The notes under the pieces: model-generated
The model's database searches: none
What the model saw: only the letters and a program-made list of their open reading frames with translations
What the model was told of the DNA's origin: nothing
NCBI GenBank assembly: GCA_041548245.1
Contig: JBFESZ010000019.1
Location: forward strand, 1-27,504
DNA: 27,504 nt
Source: Sulfurimonadaceae bacterium
GTDB taxonomy: Bacteria > Campylobacterota > Campylobacteria > Campylobacterales > Sulfurimonadaceae
Reading direction: 5' to 3'
In this document: positions 17,108 through 26,227 of the stretch, in pieces
Numbering within the stretch: the first letter of the stretch is position 1
Layout: the number at the start of each line of letters is the position of its first letter
Program-made: the position numbers and the translations under genes

Positions 17108-18361
17108 TTATTTATTATCCTCATTGGAGAAGTTTTCTGTGATCTCATAGCTGGTTTGAATAGCCTTGGCAAGCTGAGCACGCGATAAAGAGAGTGTGTT
17201 CAAAATAGTCTCAATAGCGTTAGTATCAAACTTTTCAACGGCGCATACCAATTTGAAAATCTCTCCAAGTGTCCCTTCCTGTGTTATCAATACATTGATA
17301 ATGTCATTATCGACATTGAGCTCATTTAAGACCTCCTCCATGGGAACATGTAAAAGGGCTTCGATAAGAGAAAGAAGTCCAATAAAAGCGGCTCTTTCGA
17401 GATTTTCTTTTGTGTGTTCCTTGCAAACAGCTTTACAAAGGGTTTGCATCATGTTTGAACGGGTTTGAGCAAGATGCAAAAGAGGGTTTTCTATCCCTTT
17501 TGGACTCTTAGAAGTGGCATAAGAAGTTAAAAGAAGCCAGGATTTCAGCTGACTCGGACCTAGTAACATGACTGCCTGGCGTATGGACTTGATCGTGGCT
17601 TTGAAACTAAATGAGGCCGAGTTAATAAAGCGTAATAACTGGATAGTAAGGGCGGCATTTTGCTCAAAGGCCTGACATATATCGTTAATAGGGGCATCCT
17701 CTTGCAACATGCGGATAAGCTGTAAAATTTGAAATTGCTTTGGGTCCAACTTCTTGTTTTCAATAATATCAGGCTTGGCAAAGAAAAATCCTTGAAAAAG
17801 ATCACATCCTAGCTCTTTATAGGTATCAAACTGTTCTTGAGTTTCGACTTTCTCGGCTAACAAGGTAAGATTGAACTTTTTAAACAGTGGAAGGAATTTG
17901 GCAACCTTCTCTTTGTCAAGAAGCTGAATATCAAGTTTTAAGATATCGATATACTGAAAGATCTGTTGAAAATTCAGGATGTACTCTTTACTGCAATCGG
18001 CATCGTCCAATGCAAAGCGGTAACCCTCTTGCTTAAGATATTTTATTCGTTTGATAACAGCTTCGCTGATCACGATGGTCTCAAGAAGCTCAAGAACAAA
18101 TTTTTCTTTGGGAATGGAGGAAATCACCTCGTCCATCAGCATTTCTTCATCAATATTAATGAAGATAAAGGTGTCGCCTACAATATGTTCAAGGTGGGTA
18201 GAGTTAAGGGTATTGACAAGGACTTGAGCCGTGGCGGTGTGATGATTAATAACCGAAGCATCAGTCCGGCTTGTAGAACTTCGATAAAGAAGCTCATAGG
18301 CATAAGTCTTGGAATTAATGTCAAGAATGGGTTGCCGAGCAAAATAAACACTGTTTGACAT
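17108..18361 (-). CDS. EAL + HDOD domain protein (putative c-di-GMP phosphodiesterase)
   Basis: ARQPI, YELLYR, FINI, LELLE, ALDD, AEKVE and QGFFFAKP, followed by an HDOD region (LLRFINSA). Confidence 0.9.
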   Translation of the reverse strand: MSNSVYFARQPILDINSKTYAYELLYRSSTSRTDASVINHHTATAQVLVNTLNSTHLEHIVGDTFIFINIDEEMLMDEVISSIPKEKFVLELLETIVISEAVIKRIKYLKQEGYRFALDDADCSKEYILNFQQIFQYIDILKLDIQLLDKEKVAKFLPLFKKFNLTLLAEKVETQEQFDTYKELGCDLFQGFFFAKPDIIENKKLDPKQFQILQLIRMLQEDAPINDICQAFEQNAALTIQLLRFINSASFSFKATIKSIRQAVMLLGPSQLKSWLLLTSYATSKSPKGIENPLLHLAQTRSNMMQTLCKAVCKEHTKENLERAAFIGLLSLIEALLHVPMEEVLNELNVDNDIINVLITQEGTLGEIFKLVCAVEKFDTNAIETILNTLSLSRAQLAKAIQTSYEITENFSNEDNK

Positions 18362-18458
18362 TCTTCCTCTTATGTAAAAAATAGCGCGTTTATGATAGCG
18401 CTTTAATACTTAAAGAGGCCGAAATATCAGAAGAATGTTATATTAAAAAGGATTATGA

Positions 18459-19478
18459 TTACAGGATTAACATGGCATCACCGTATGAAAAGAATCGATA
18501 CTTTTCTTTAACGGCTTCGTTATAGAGTTCCTGTGTCTTTTCAAGTCCGACAAAGGATGCGACAAGCATTAAGAGCGTTGATTTAGGAAGGTGAAAATTC
18601 GTCAAAAGGTGGTTGACTCGCATAGGAGGATTGTTGGGGTGTAGAAAAAGGTTTGCCTCCCCTTCACTCTTATGTGTACGCATATAATATTCGACAGTAC
18701 GCGTTACCGTCGTTCCTATTGCTAAAATGGGCCTTTCTGAGCGGATGATATCAAGGGCTTTTGAAGGGATGTGGTAATACTCTGAATGCATGGGATGGTC
18801 GGTAATGGTCTCAGCTTCAACGGGTTTAAAGGTCCCTGCACCGACATGCAGTGTCAAGAACGCAAGGGGATGCTTGGATTTCAACTCATCAAAAAGTTCG
18901 GGTGTAAAATGTAAGGAGGCTGTCGGTGCAGCAACGGCACCTGCATTTTGCGAGAAAACACTTTGATACTCCTCTTCATCACTGGCCTTGTCATCACGCT
19001 GCATGTAAGGTGGAAGGGGGATATGTCCGATGTCATCGAGGATAATAATAAGTTCTTCAAATGTCAGAGTCTTATCATGGTGAGAGAAGGTGACGACACG
19101 TGAACCATCCTCTTCAAGACGGATGACCGTTGCAACAAGACCGGTATCAAAATAGAGATGGGTCTGCTCTTTGACCTTTCCTCGTATCAGACATGAGATA
19201 TGATGGGCATTGAGTGGTTTGTTGATGAGCAGCTCGACTTTTCCACCTGAAGATTTTTTCCCGAAAATACGTGCCTTGATGACTTTGGTGTCATTACATA
19301 AAACGGCGCACTCTTTAGGCAGGAATTCGTTGATCTTGGAAAAAACGGTATGGATGATACTGGCATCTTGTCTATTATAGACCAGAAGTTTGCAAGAATC
19401 ACGGGGGGTGACAGGCTCAGTCGCGATCAACTCTTGAGGAAGAGTGTAATCATAGCTATCCGTCTTTAATGGATCCAT
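18459..19478 (-). CDS. queA: S-adenosylmethionine:tRNA ribosyltransferase-isomerase
   Basis: NDTKVIKAR, PLPPY, AAPTASLHF, TLHVGAGTF, TNFHLPKS and FFSYGDAM motifs. Confidence 0.97.
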   Translation of the reverse strand: MDPLKTDSYDYTLPQELIATEPVTPRDSCKLLVYNRQDASIIHTVFSKINEFLPKECAVLCNDTKVIKARIFGKKSSGGKVELLINKPLNAHHISCLIRGKVKEQTHLYFDTGLVATVIRLEEDGSRVVTFSHHDKTLTFEELIIILDDIGHIPLPPYMQRDDKASDEEEYQSVFSQNAGAVAAPTASLHFTPELFDELKSKHPLAFLTLHVGAGTFKPVEAETITDHPMHSEYYHIPSKALDIIRSERPILAIGTTVTRTVEYYMRTHKSEGEANLFLHPNNPPMRVNHLLTNFHLPKSTLLMLVASFVGLEKTQELYNEAVKEKYRFFSYGDAMLIL

Positions 19479-20269
19479 CAGGCTTTCGCTGTCTCTTCTT
19501 CATCCTTATCTTCATCATCTTCCAGCGGAGCTGCCGGATTGACCACTCTAACGATAAGTATGGAGAATGCATAGAGTATGATTAAAGGTCCAGCCATAAG
19601 AAGCTGTGTCAATACATCCGGTGGTGTCAGCATGGCTGCAACGATAAAGATGATGACAACGGCATATTTGAAGAAGTCCCTCATCATTCGATCATCAATA
19701 AGCCCGAGCAAGGCAAGGAAGTATGAGAAAACCGGAAGCTCAAATGCAAGACCGAAACCGAACATGATCTTGGTAAAGAAACCGACATAATCCTCAATGG
19801 TGATCAAAGCGGCATAATTGCTGGTGTATCCAAAGGTAATAAGAAACTCAAATCCGTATGGTACGACGATGTAGTATGCAAATAAGACACCAACGGCAAA
19901 CATTGTTGTACCGCCGAATATGAAAGGTAGAAGCATTTTTTTCTCATTGGTGTAGAGACCAGGGGCGACAAAAAGCCAGATCTGCCAGAGCATAACAGGA
20001 ATAGAGAAAAAAAGTGCAGCAAAGAAGGAGACCTTTATCGCGACAAAAAAAGTCCCGCCAACCTGGGAGGTGACGAGTTTGTTTCCTACGGCATGGGTAC
20101 CATCGGCATTAACAATATTTTCCAGAACGTCACGCAGAGGTTGATCCATCCAGTGCATGATATACTCATGAAAATAGAAACAGACTGCGAAAAGGACGAT
20201 CAGTGTTCCGACCATGACCATAAGGCGTTTTCTTAATTCAACGAGGTGGGGGCGAAGATCATCAAACAT
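19478..20269 (-). CDS. tatC: Twin-arginine translocase subunit TatC
   Basis: HLVELRKRL, WLFVAPGLY, FELP and LTPPD motifs. Confidence 0.97.
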   Translation of the reverse strand: MFDDLRPHLVELRKRLMVMVGTLIVLFAVCFYFHEYIMHWMDQPLRDVLENIVNADGTHAVGNKLVTSQVGGTFFVAIKVSFFAALFFSIPVMLWQIWLFVAPGLYTNEKKMLLPFIFGGTTMFAVGVLFAYYIVVPYGFEFLITFGYTSNYAALITIEDYVGFFTKIMFGFGLAFELPVFSYFLALLGLIDDRMMRDFFKYAVVIIFIVAAMLTPPDVLTQLLMAGPLIILYAFSILIVRVVNPAAPLEDDEDKDEEETAKA

Positions 20270-20706
20270 TAGGCATCATCCTCTTTTTCTTCTTGCTGTG
20301 TTTCAGTTTTTTTCTTTTTTTTCTTTTTCTTTTCGAAAGTTACAGCTTCAGGCCTGTCCGAAGCCGTGGTTTTAGCATCATTTTTTTCCGTATTTGGTTG
20401 AGTCGTTGTTTTGGTAACGGTGTCATGGACATAATCATAGTCCTCATCCAAGCTTGCCATAGAGGTGACCTTATTAAGCTCATTGCTTGCAGACATCAAC
20501 TCTTCTTTGTAACTAAGCGCCTCTTTTTTTAGTTCTGAAACGTGAAGTTCTTGCTCAAGAGAATCCTTGGCATTTGCGACCGTTGTTTTTAAAGATCTGA
20601 AAAATTTTGCGATGTTTACCATAGTTTCAGGAAGCTTGTCTGGACCTAAAAAGATAACAGCGATAACGGCAATAATCAAGATTTCGGCAAAGCCCATTCC
20701 AAACAT
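20269..20706 (-). CDS. tatB: Twin-arginine translocase subunit TatB
   Basis: MFGMGFAEIL...FLGPDKLP; coupled to tatC. Confidence 0.95.
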   Translation of the reverse strand: MFGMGFAEILIIAVIAVIFLGPDKLPETMVNIAKFFRSLKTTVANAKDSLEQELHVSELKKEALSYKEELMSASNELNKVTSMASLDEDYDYVHDTVTKTTTQPNTEKNDAKTTASDRPEAVTFEKKKKKKKKTETQQEEKEDDA

Positions 20707-20732
20707 ATCTTTATCCTAAAATTATTTTTGAG

Positions 20733-20757
20733 ATTTTAGCCAAATGCAGTTTAAAAG
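20733..20757 (-). promoter_or_regulatory. sigma70 promoter of tatB-tatC-queA
   Basis: Minus strand reads TTTTAAAC...TGGC-TAAAAT, ending 27 nt upstream of the ATG. Confidence 0.5.
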
Positions 20758-20896
20758 TTCTTGACTGATATTGCAATGGAAGTATCTGAAGAAAGGAATA
20801 CTCTTTGCTTGGCAAGGGTGTTCTGGTACTTAAGTTTAGTTGGGTTGCTTAACCTTAAAAATGACGATACTATCTTTAAAAATAGGGAGTTGTTTC

Positions 20897-20995
20897 ATGG
20901 TCGCTCAAGTCAAAGTCGGTCTGTTTGTCTGTGCTGTCGCCGTTTCGGTTGCTTCTGCACTGACTGTTTTAAGCCACGCGAGTATGGTCGGTTAG
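20897..20995 (+). CDS. Unannotated 32-aa hydrophobic small protein (MVAQVKVGLFVCAVAVSVASALTVLSHASMVG)
   Basis: AGGGAG RBS (20884-20889) 7 nt before the ATG, candidate -10 TACTAT (20868-20873) with upstream TTAA tracts, one TM-length hydrophobic run, TAG stop just before the convergent hemW stop. Confidence 0.6.
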   Translation: MVAQVKVGLFVCAVAVSVASALTVLSHASMVG

Positions 20996-21002
20996 AGTTC
21001 AA

Positions 21003-22058
21003 TCAGTTTTGAATAAAGAGCGCAATCTCATCGCTGAGTAGAAAGTCAGGATTATAGGCTCGATGATTTAAGAGAATGAGTTTATTTTCGCTTATAAGCA
21101 GATCGGTCTGCTTTAACTCAGCCGGTGAGAGTGACTCTGTCTCTATTCCGACACAAGAACGTAAGCCAAGAAACAGTTTCTCTGTTCTGATATCCTCATC
21201 ACTTAAGTCTTCAACATCGATATCCAAAGGATTTTGGATATAAGCTTCGATATCTGTAGTAGGATAAAAACGTTTGTCTTTGAACATTCCCACAGCGCCT
21301 GAACCAACACCCATATAATCCTCTAAGTTCCAATAACCGATATTATGCCGACAGCGGTATTTGCCAAAGTTTGATATTTCATACTGCTCAAACCCATTGT
21401 TTTTGATGCTTTCAATGAAGAAAGTTGAGAGCTCCAACCTCTCTTTGGCGACTTCGGGATGGGCCTCAAAAAGGGTGTTCTCCTCAATCGTCAATGCATA
21501 GGCGGAGATATGGTCGATTGGAAGAGAAAAGGCTGTGTCAATATCATTTTGTAATAACTCTTTTGTATCCATTTTGGTCGCATAGATCAGATCGAGCGAG
21601 ATGTGCTCAAATCCGATTTCTTTGGCCTTTGTAACTGCTTTTATCGCCTGTTCAGAGCTGTGTTCGCGTCCAAGAAACTTAAGCTTGGTGTTGTTGAAGC
21701 TTTGTACACCAAAGCTCACACGGGTACAGCCTAGCTCTTTCATACCTTTGAGCCAAGCGGCAGTTGCAGAATTAGGATTGGCCTCAGTAGTGATTTCGAT
21801 ACTCTCCTTAAAATAGGGCTTCAAAAGTTCGAATATTCTTTGATAAAGTTGCGGTTCAACAGTGGAGGGCGTTCCCCCTCCTATAAAGAGGGAACTGATG
21901 GAATTTTCTTTAGCATCAAAACGTTCTAACTCATGAACAGTCTGTTCATAAAGTGCATCCATGTAGGCTTTGATCTGATCAAACTTGTCAACGTAGGAAT
22001 TAAAGCTGCAGTAGTGACATTTACTGTCACAAAAAGGAATGTGCATATAAAGTAAAAT
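21003..22058 (-). CDS. hemW: Radical SAM heme chaperone HemW (HemN-like)
   Basis: HIPFCDSKCHYCSF (CxxxCxxC), GGGTP, EANP, YEISNF and HNxxYW motifs. Start probably ATT at 22058 (see findings). Confidence 0.9.
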   Translation of the reverse strand: MLLYMHIPFCDSKCHYCSFNSYVDKFDQIKAYMDALYEQTVHELERFDAKENSISSLFIGGGTPSTVEPQLYQRIFELLKPYFKESIEITTEANPNSATAAWLKGMKELGCTRVSFGVQSFNNTKLKFLGREHSSEQAIKAVTKAKEIGFEHISLDLIYATKMDTKELLQNDIDTAFSLPIDHISAYALTIEENTLFEAHPEVAKERLELSTFFIESIKNNGFEQYEISNFGKYRCRHNIGYWNLEDYMGVGSGAVGMFKDKRFYPTTDIEAYIQNPLDIDVEDLSDEDIRTEKLFLGLRSCVGIETESLSPAELKQTDLLISENKLILLNHRAYNPDFLLSDEIALFIQN

Positions 22059-22192
22059 AGTTTCTTCCTTTTCAATTGCTATTAATGCTTGTTTTTGTAA
22101 AATTTTATCACAAAACAAGGGAAGTATCTGATTTCTCCGATATTACCTTGAAATTTTCTCTGTTGAATACAGGGAAGGAAAAACGGAAAAAT

Positions 22193-22657
22193 ATGGAAAA
22201 GATATATCGACCTAATGTCGCTGTCATCGTACTTAGTGCTGAATATCCGAATAAAAAGGATATTTTGATCGCTGAGCGAAGCGATATAGCAGATATTTGG
22301 CAGTTTCCTCAAGGTGGTATCGACGAGGGTGAAAGTCCGGAAGAGGCGTTATACAGAGAGCTGGAAGAAGAGATCGGAACTAGTGATGTGACGATCATCT
22401 CTGAATACCCGGAATGGGTCTCTTATGATTTCCCGTCTCATGTCGCGAAAAGGATGAAACCTTTTGCAGGACAGACACAGCGTTATTATCTTGTTCAGTT
22501 GAACGACAGTGCTGAAATCGACCTAGAGACAGAAATACCGGAGTTCATTGATCATAAGTTTGTTGACTTTTCAGAATTGCCAAAGTATATTGCGCATTTC
22601 AAACGCCCGGTATATGAGAAGGTTCTGGGTTATTTTAAAGAAAAAGGGTACTTTTAA
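22193..22657 (+). CDS. rppH: RNA pyrophosphohydrolase
   Basis: YRPNV, WQFPQGGIDEGE...RELEEEIG Nudix box, GQTQ and FKRPVY motifs; start at ATG 22193. Confidence 0.95.
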   Translation: MEKIYRPNVAVIVLSAEYPNKKDILIAERSDIADIWQFPQGGIDEGESPEEALYRELEEEIGTSDVTIISEYPEWVSYDFPSHVAKRMKPFAGQTQRYYLVQLNDSAEIDLETEIPEFIDHKFVDFSELPKYIAHFKRPVYEKVLGYFKEKGYF

Positions 22658-23868
22658 TGTTAATCGTACAGAAGTTTGGTGGAACGAGTGTCGGTGATCT
22701 AGACCGTATTCAAAACGTTGCAAACCGTGTTCAAAAAACGGTCAATGAGGGTCATCAGGTCGTCGTTGTTGTCTCTGCGATGAGTGGAGAAACGAATAAG
22801 CTTATAAGCTATGCTGAGCACTTCAGTGCTACGCCTTCAGTAGCAGAAGTCGACATGCTGTTAAGTTCAGGAGAACGTGTTACAGCTTCTTTGCTATCAA
22901 TCGCTTTGAACGAAATGGGACATCCGACTGTCGCTATGACAGGACGTCAAGCGGGAATCGTTACGACATCGAAGCATACCAAGGCAAGAATTGAAAACAT
23001 CGATTCAACCAACATGCAAAATGCTATTGATGCAGGAAAGATTGTTGTCGTTGCCGGTTTCCAGGGGGTAAGCGAAGAGGGAATGGTCACTACCTTGGGA
23101 CGCGGTGGTTCTGACCTGTCGGCCGTTGCTATTGCAGGTGCGCTAAATGCGGACCTGTGCGAGATATACACAGATGTGGATGGGATCTATACAACAGACC
23201 CGCGCATCGAACCAAAAGCGAAGAAGATCGACAAGATCTCCTACGAAGAGATGCTGGAGATGGCTTCTCTGGGTGCAAAAGTCCTGCAAAACCGTTCGGT
23301 TGAACTGGCAAAAAAACTTAATGTAAATCTAGTAACACGTTCAAGCTTCTCAGATGCAGAAGGAACATTAATCACGAAGGAAGAGAATATTATGGAACAA
23401 CCATTAGTTAGCGGTGTCGCATTAGATAGAAATCAGGCACGTGTGAGCCTTGTTGGCGTAGTTGATCGTCCAGGGATCGCTGCTGATATCTTTAATACTT
23501 TGGCAAATGATGAGATCAATATCGATGTTATTTTACAGACTGTTGCACATGACGGTACAACGAACATCGACTTCACGGTTCCTATGAATGAGATTGAGAA
23601 CGCAAAGAATATTGTGCATACATTTGTGGACAAAGGTGAGATTAAAAGTACAGACTTTAATGACGCTATAGCGAAAGTCTCTATTGTCGGTGTCGGTATG
23701 AAATCACATGCCGGTGTTGCATCTAAAGCTTTTTCCGCGATGGCAGCAGAAAACATCAATATTCTTATGATCTCGACATCTGAGATCAAAGTTTCTATGG
23801 TTATTGAAGAAAAATACAGTGAACTGGCTGTTCGTTCATTGCATAATGCGTTTGAACTAGACAAATAG
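22657..23868 (+). CDS. lysC: Aspartate kinase (alpha/beta type)
   Basis: VQKFGGTSV, VVSAM, TTLGRGGSD and YTDVDG motifs; two ACT domains. Confidence 0.96.
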   Translation: MLIVQKFGGTSVGDLDRIQNVANRVQKTVNEGHQVVVVVSAMSGETNKLISYAEHFSATPSVAEVDMLLSSGERVTASLLSIALNEMGHPTVAMTGRQAGIVTTSKHTKARIENIDSTNMQNAIDAGKIVVVAGFQGVSEEGMVTTLGRGGSDLSAVAIAGALNADLCEIYTDVDGIYTTDPRIEPKAKKIDKISYEEMLEMASLGAKVLQNRSVELAKKLNVNLVTRSSFSDAEGTLITKEENIMEQPLVSGVALDRNQARVSLVGVVDRPGIAADIFNTLANDEINIDVILQTVAHDGTTNIDFTVPMNEIENAKNIVHTFVDKGEIKSTDFNDAIAKVSIVGVGMKSHAGVASKAFSAMAAENINILMISTSEIKVSMVIEEKYSELAVRSLHNAFELDK

Positions 23869-23879
23869 AAGTCATATAG

Positions 23880-24428
23880 ATGCAGCAACTTTTAAAGTGG
23901 ACACTTGAGACTATTCGCTCGGATGAAGCGATGATGAGCTGGTTGGAAGAACAGCGCTTTGAGTGGACTGCAGCTGCTGCCCAGGCTATAAGACAGATCG
24001 TGGACGGCCGCACGGTTATTCTGGTGACCGATCATGAGAGAAAATGGTTTGGAACTTATATTACCTCTTCATTGAACAAACCGAGCCTTGACCGGCCGAT
24101 TATCCCCATGGTATGTCTGGATCAGCTCTACCCTTATTACGACATGATTACTGGCGGGGAGAAGATCGATGTCTTAAGTGATATGCTCTCAATGTCTTAT
24201 GGAGAAGAGTACTTTTTCTGGTATATCGGAAAGGGTGAAGACAAGCGTGCGGATATCGCCAAACGTGAAGATAGCAGTTTCTTGTGGATCATGGACGAGG
24301 ATTTTCAAAATTCTTTCCCGCTTCGTTCCTATGACAAGCTTTTGGATATTAAACTATTGCACCTGTACAGGGTGTTTGACAAGACACTCAATGCAGTTTT
24401 ATTCGGCGAGATAGATATTGTAGAATGA
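23880..24428 (+). CDS. hobA: DnaA-binding replication regulator HobA
   Basis: WTLETIR, WLEEQRFEW, TDHERKWF and FWYIG motifs; conserved position between lysC and holB. Confidence 0.85.
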   Translation: MQQLLKWTLETIRSDEAMMSWLEEQRFEWTAAAAQAIRQIVDGRTVILVTDHERKWFGTYITSSLNKPSLDRPIIPMVCLDQLYPYYDMITGGEKIDVLSDMLSMSYGEEYFFWYIGKGEDKRADIAKREDSSFLWIMDEDFQNSFPLRSYDKLLDIKLLHLYRVFDKTLNAVLFGEIDIVE

Positions 24429-25039
24429 AGTATGAAGATACTTTACAAGGTGCCCACATCCTTATCACGGAGCAGGTCGAAGAAGAAGTCGATGCATTAA
24501 AGCAGAAGCTCGCTCCTTCGCGTGTTGTCTCGTTTTATAAAGATGACTTTTTGATTGATGATGCCAAAGAGGTCATTCGCGAGGCTTATATTGCCGAAGA
24601 GAAGATCAAATATATCATCTTGGCAGCAAAACTTTTTAATGAGGCTTCGCAAAACGCTCTTTTAAAGCTCTTGGAGGAACCTCCAAGAAATATCGAACTT
24701 ATCATTATTACCGAATCAAAATCTGCACTCCTACCAACTGTACGTTCCCGTCTGCCTCTTGTCTCACGTAAAGCACATAAGGAACCCGTAGCACTCGATC
24801 TTTCTTTGAAAAAACTTGAACTTTCTTCTCTGTTTGCTTTTATCAAAGAACATGAACGTATCTCAAAACATGAAGCAAAAGAGCTAATAGAAGCTTTGTA
24901 TCACAAAGCGATGGAAGAGAGTATTATCTTAAACAGTGCCCAATTGGAAAGTTTTGAGAGGGCGTATAGACTTATCGGACTGAATGCACGCCTTAACAGT
25001 GTGTTAAGCATGTTACTCATGAAATTTATCAGAAGGTAA
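24425..25039 (+). CDS. holB: DNA polymerase III subunit delta' (short Campylobacterota form)
   Basis: SQNALLKLLEEPP and LLPTVRSR motifs. Confidence 0.88.
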   Translation: MKYEDTLQGAHILITEQVEEEVDALKQKLAPSRVVSFYKDDFLIDDAKEVIREAYIAEEKIKYIILAAKLFNEASQNALLKLLEEPPRNIELIIITESKSALLPTVRSRLPLVSRKAHKEPVALDLSLKKLELSSLFAFIKEHERISKHEAKELIEALYHKAMEESIILNSAQLESFERAYRLIGLNARLNSVLSMLLMKFIRR

Positions 25040-25048
25040 TATCCCTAG

Positions 25049-26194
25049 ATGTATATCCGCAAACTCTCCAACGATATCAGTGCCAGAAGATGGATAGATA
25101 AACTTAATGTGGAAGGTGGCGGCCGTAAAATATTGGATGAGAAGATGCATCTTGAGTTATTTTACATCCAAAAACTTCATGTGGGTGCGGCAAATATACT
25201 CAAACAGGATGCCCTTTCTATAGGGGCCGATCTCGCTGTACCAAAGGGTACAATCGTGTGTGATGAAGCTTATGTGGACTGTCTCTTGATGGGAACGCGT
25301 AAGCATATGAAGATTCTCTCACGCAAGGAACTTGCACAGCCTTTCGGTCTTAAAAAACTTGCTCAGGAGTTGCAGCTTTTTCTAAAAACAGAGCAGGCGC
25401 AACCCTATCAGATCATGGGTGTCATGAATGCTAATGATGACAGCTTTTATGAGATGAGCCGGTTTCAGGAAAAAGATGCTCTTGTCAAGATCGAAGCCAT
25501 GATAGAAGAGGGTGCAGATATCATAGATATCGGTGCCGTCTCTTCAAGACCGGGATCTCTTCCTGTTCATGAAGAAGATGAACTGCAAAGATTAAAACCC
25601 GTACTTGATGTTATATATGCACAAAAACTCTATGAGAGGGTCCAGTTTAGTCTGGATTCTTATGCTCCTTTGGCGGTTGCATACGCCCTGGAGAGAGGTT
25701 TTGGTATCATTAATGATATTACGGGGCTTGCCAACGATGAAGTCTGCCGATTAGTAGCGTCTTATAAGGCTAAAGCCGTCATCATGCATATGCAGGGCAC
25801 TCCTCAGACGATGCAAGTAAACCCTCATTATGAGAACCTTTTTGAAGAGATAGAACAGTTTTTTGCACAGCGTATAGAAAAAGCTGAAAAGTTCAATATC
25901 AAAGAATTGGTCCTGGATGTAGGTATCGGTTTTGGTAAAAGTCTTGAAGACAATCTGGCATTGATCCAGCATCTTAGTCATTTTAAGAAGCTTCACAAAG
26001 AGCTGCTTATCGGTGCGAGTAGAAAGTCCATGATTAACAGTATCTCGCCCTCTGATGTAAAGCAGAGGCTCCCGGGCACGCTAGCCATCCACCTGAAAGC
26101 TTATGAAAATGGCGCCTCTATCATTCGCACTCATGATGTCAAAGAACATCAGCAAGCTTTTAAAGTTCATCAGGCAATCATAGATACACTTTAG
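25049..26194 (+). CDS. folP: Dihydropteroate synthase with N-terminal extension
   Basis: MGVMNANDDSF, IDIGAVSSRPG, INDI, MHMQG, DVGIGFGK, SRKS and RTHDV motifs. Confidence 0.95.
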   Translation: MYIRKLSNDISARRWIDKLNVEGGGRKILDEKMHLELFYIQKLHVGAANILKQDALSIGADLAVPKGTIVCDEAYVDCLLMGTRKHMKILSRKELAQPFGLKKLAQELQLFLKTEQAQPYQIMGVMNANDDSFYEMSRFQEKDALVKIEAMIEEGADIIDIGAVSSRPGSLPVHEEDELQRLKPVLDVIYAQKLYERVQFSLDSYAPLAVAYALERGFGIINDITGLANDEVCRLVASYKAKAVIMHMQGTPQTMQVNPHYENLFEEIEQFFAQRIEKAEKFNIKELVLDVGIGFGKSLEDNLALIQHLSHFKKLHKELLIGASRKSMINSISPSDVKQRLPGTLAIHLKAYENGASIIRTHDVKEHQQAFKVHQAIIDTL

Positions 26195-26227
26195 CCATAT
26201 TTTTGAAGACTTCTTCTCTTTATCTGT

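Noticed and set aside
20300-20335. Homopolymer runs encoding poly-Lys in tatB as a phase-variation tract
   Set aside because: The runs are at most 8 nt and interrupted, and they lie in the disordered tail. Campylobacterota contingency tracts are typically poly-G/C.
20761-21012. 83-aa Cys-rich ORF in the ORF track
   Set aside because: TTG start with no SD. The Cys-rich part is the shifted-frame reading of the Val/Ala codons of the better-supported 32-aa ORF.
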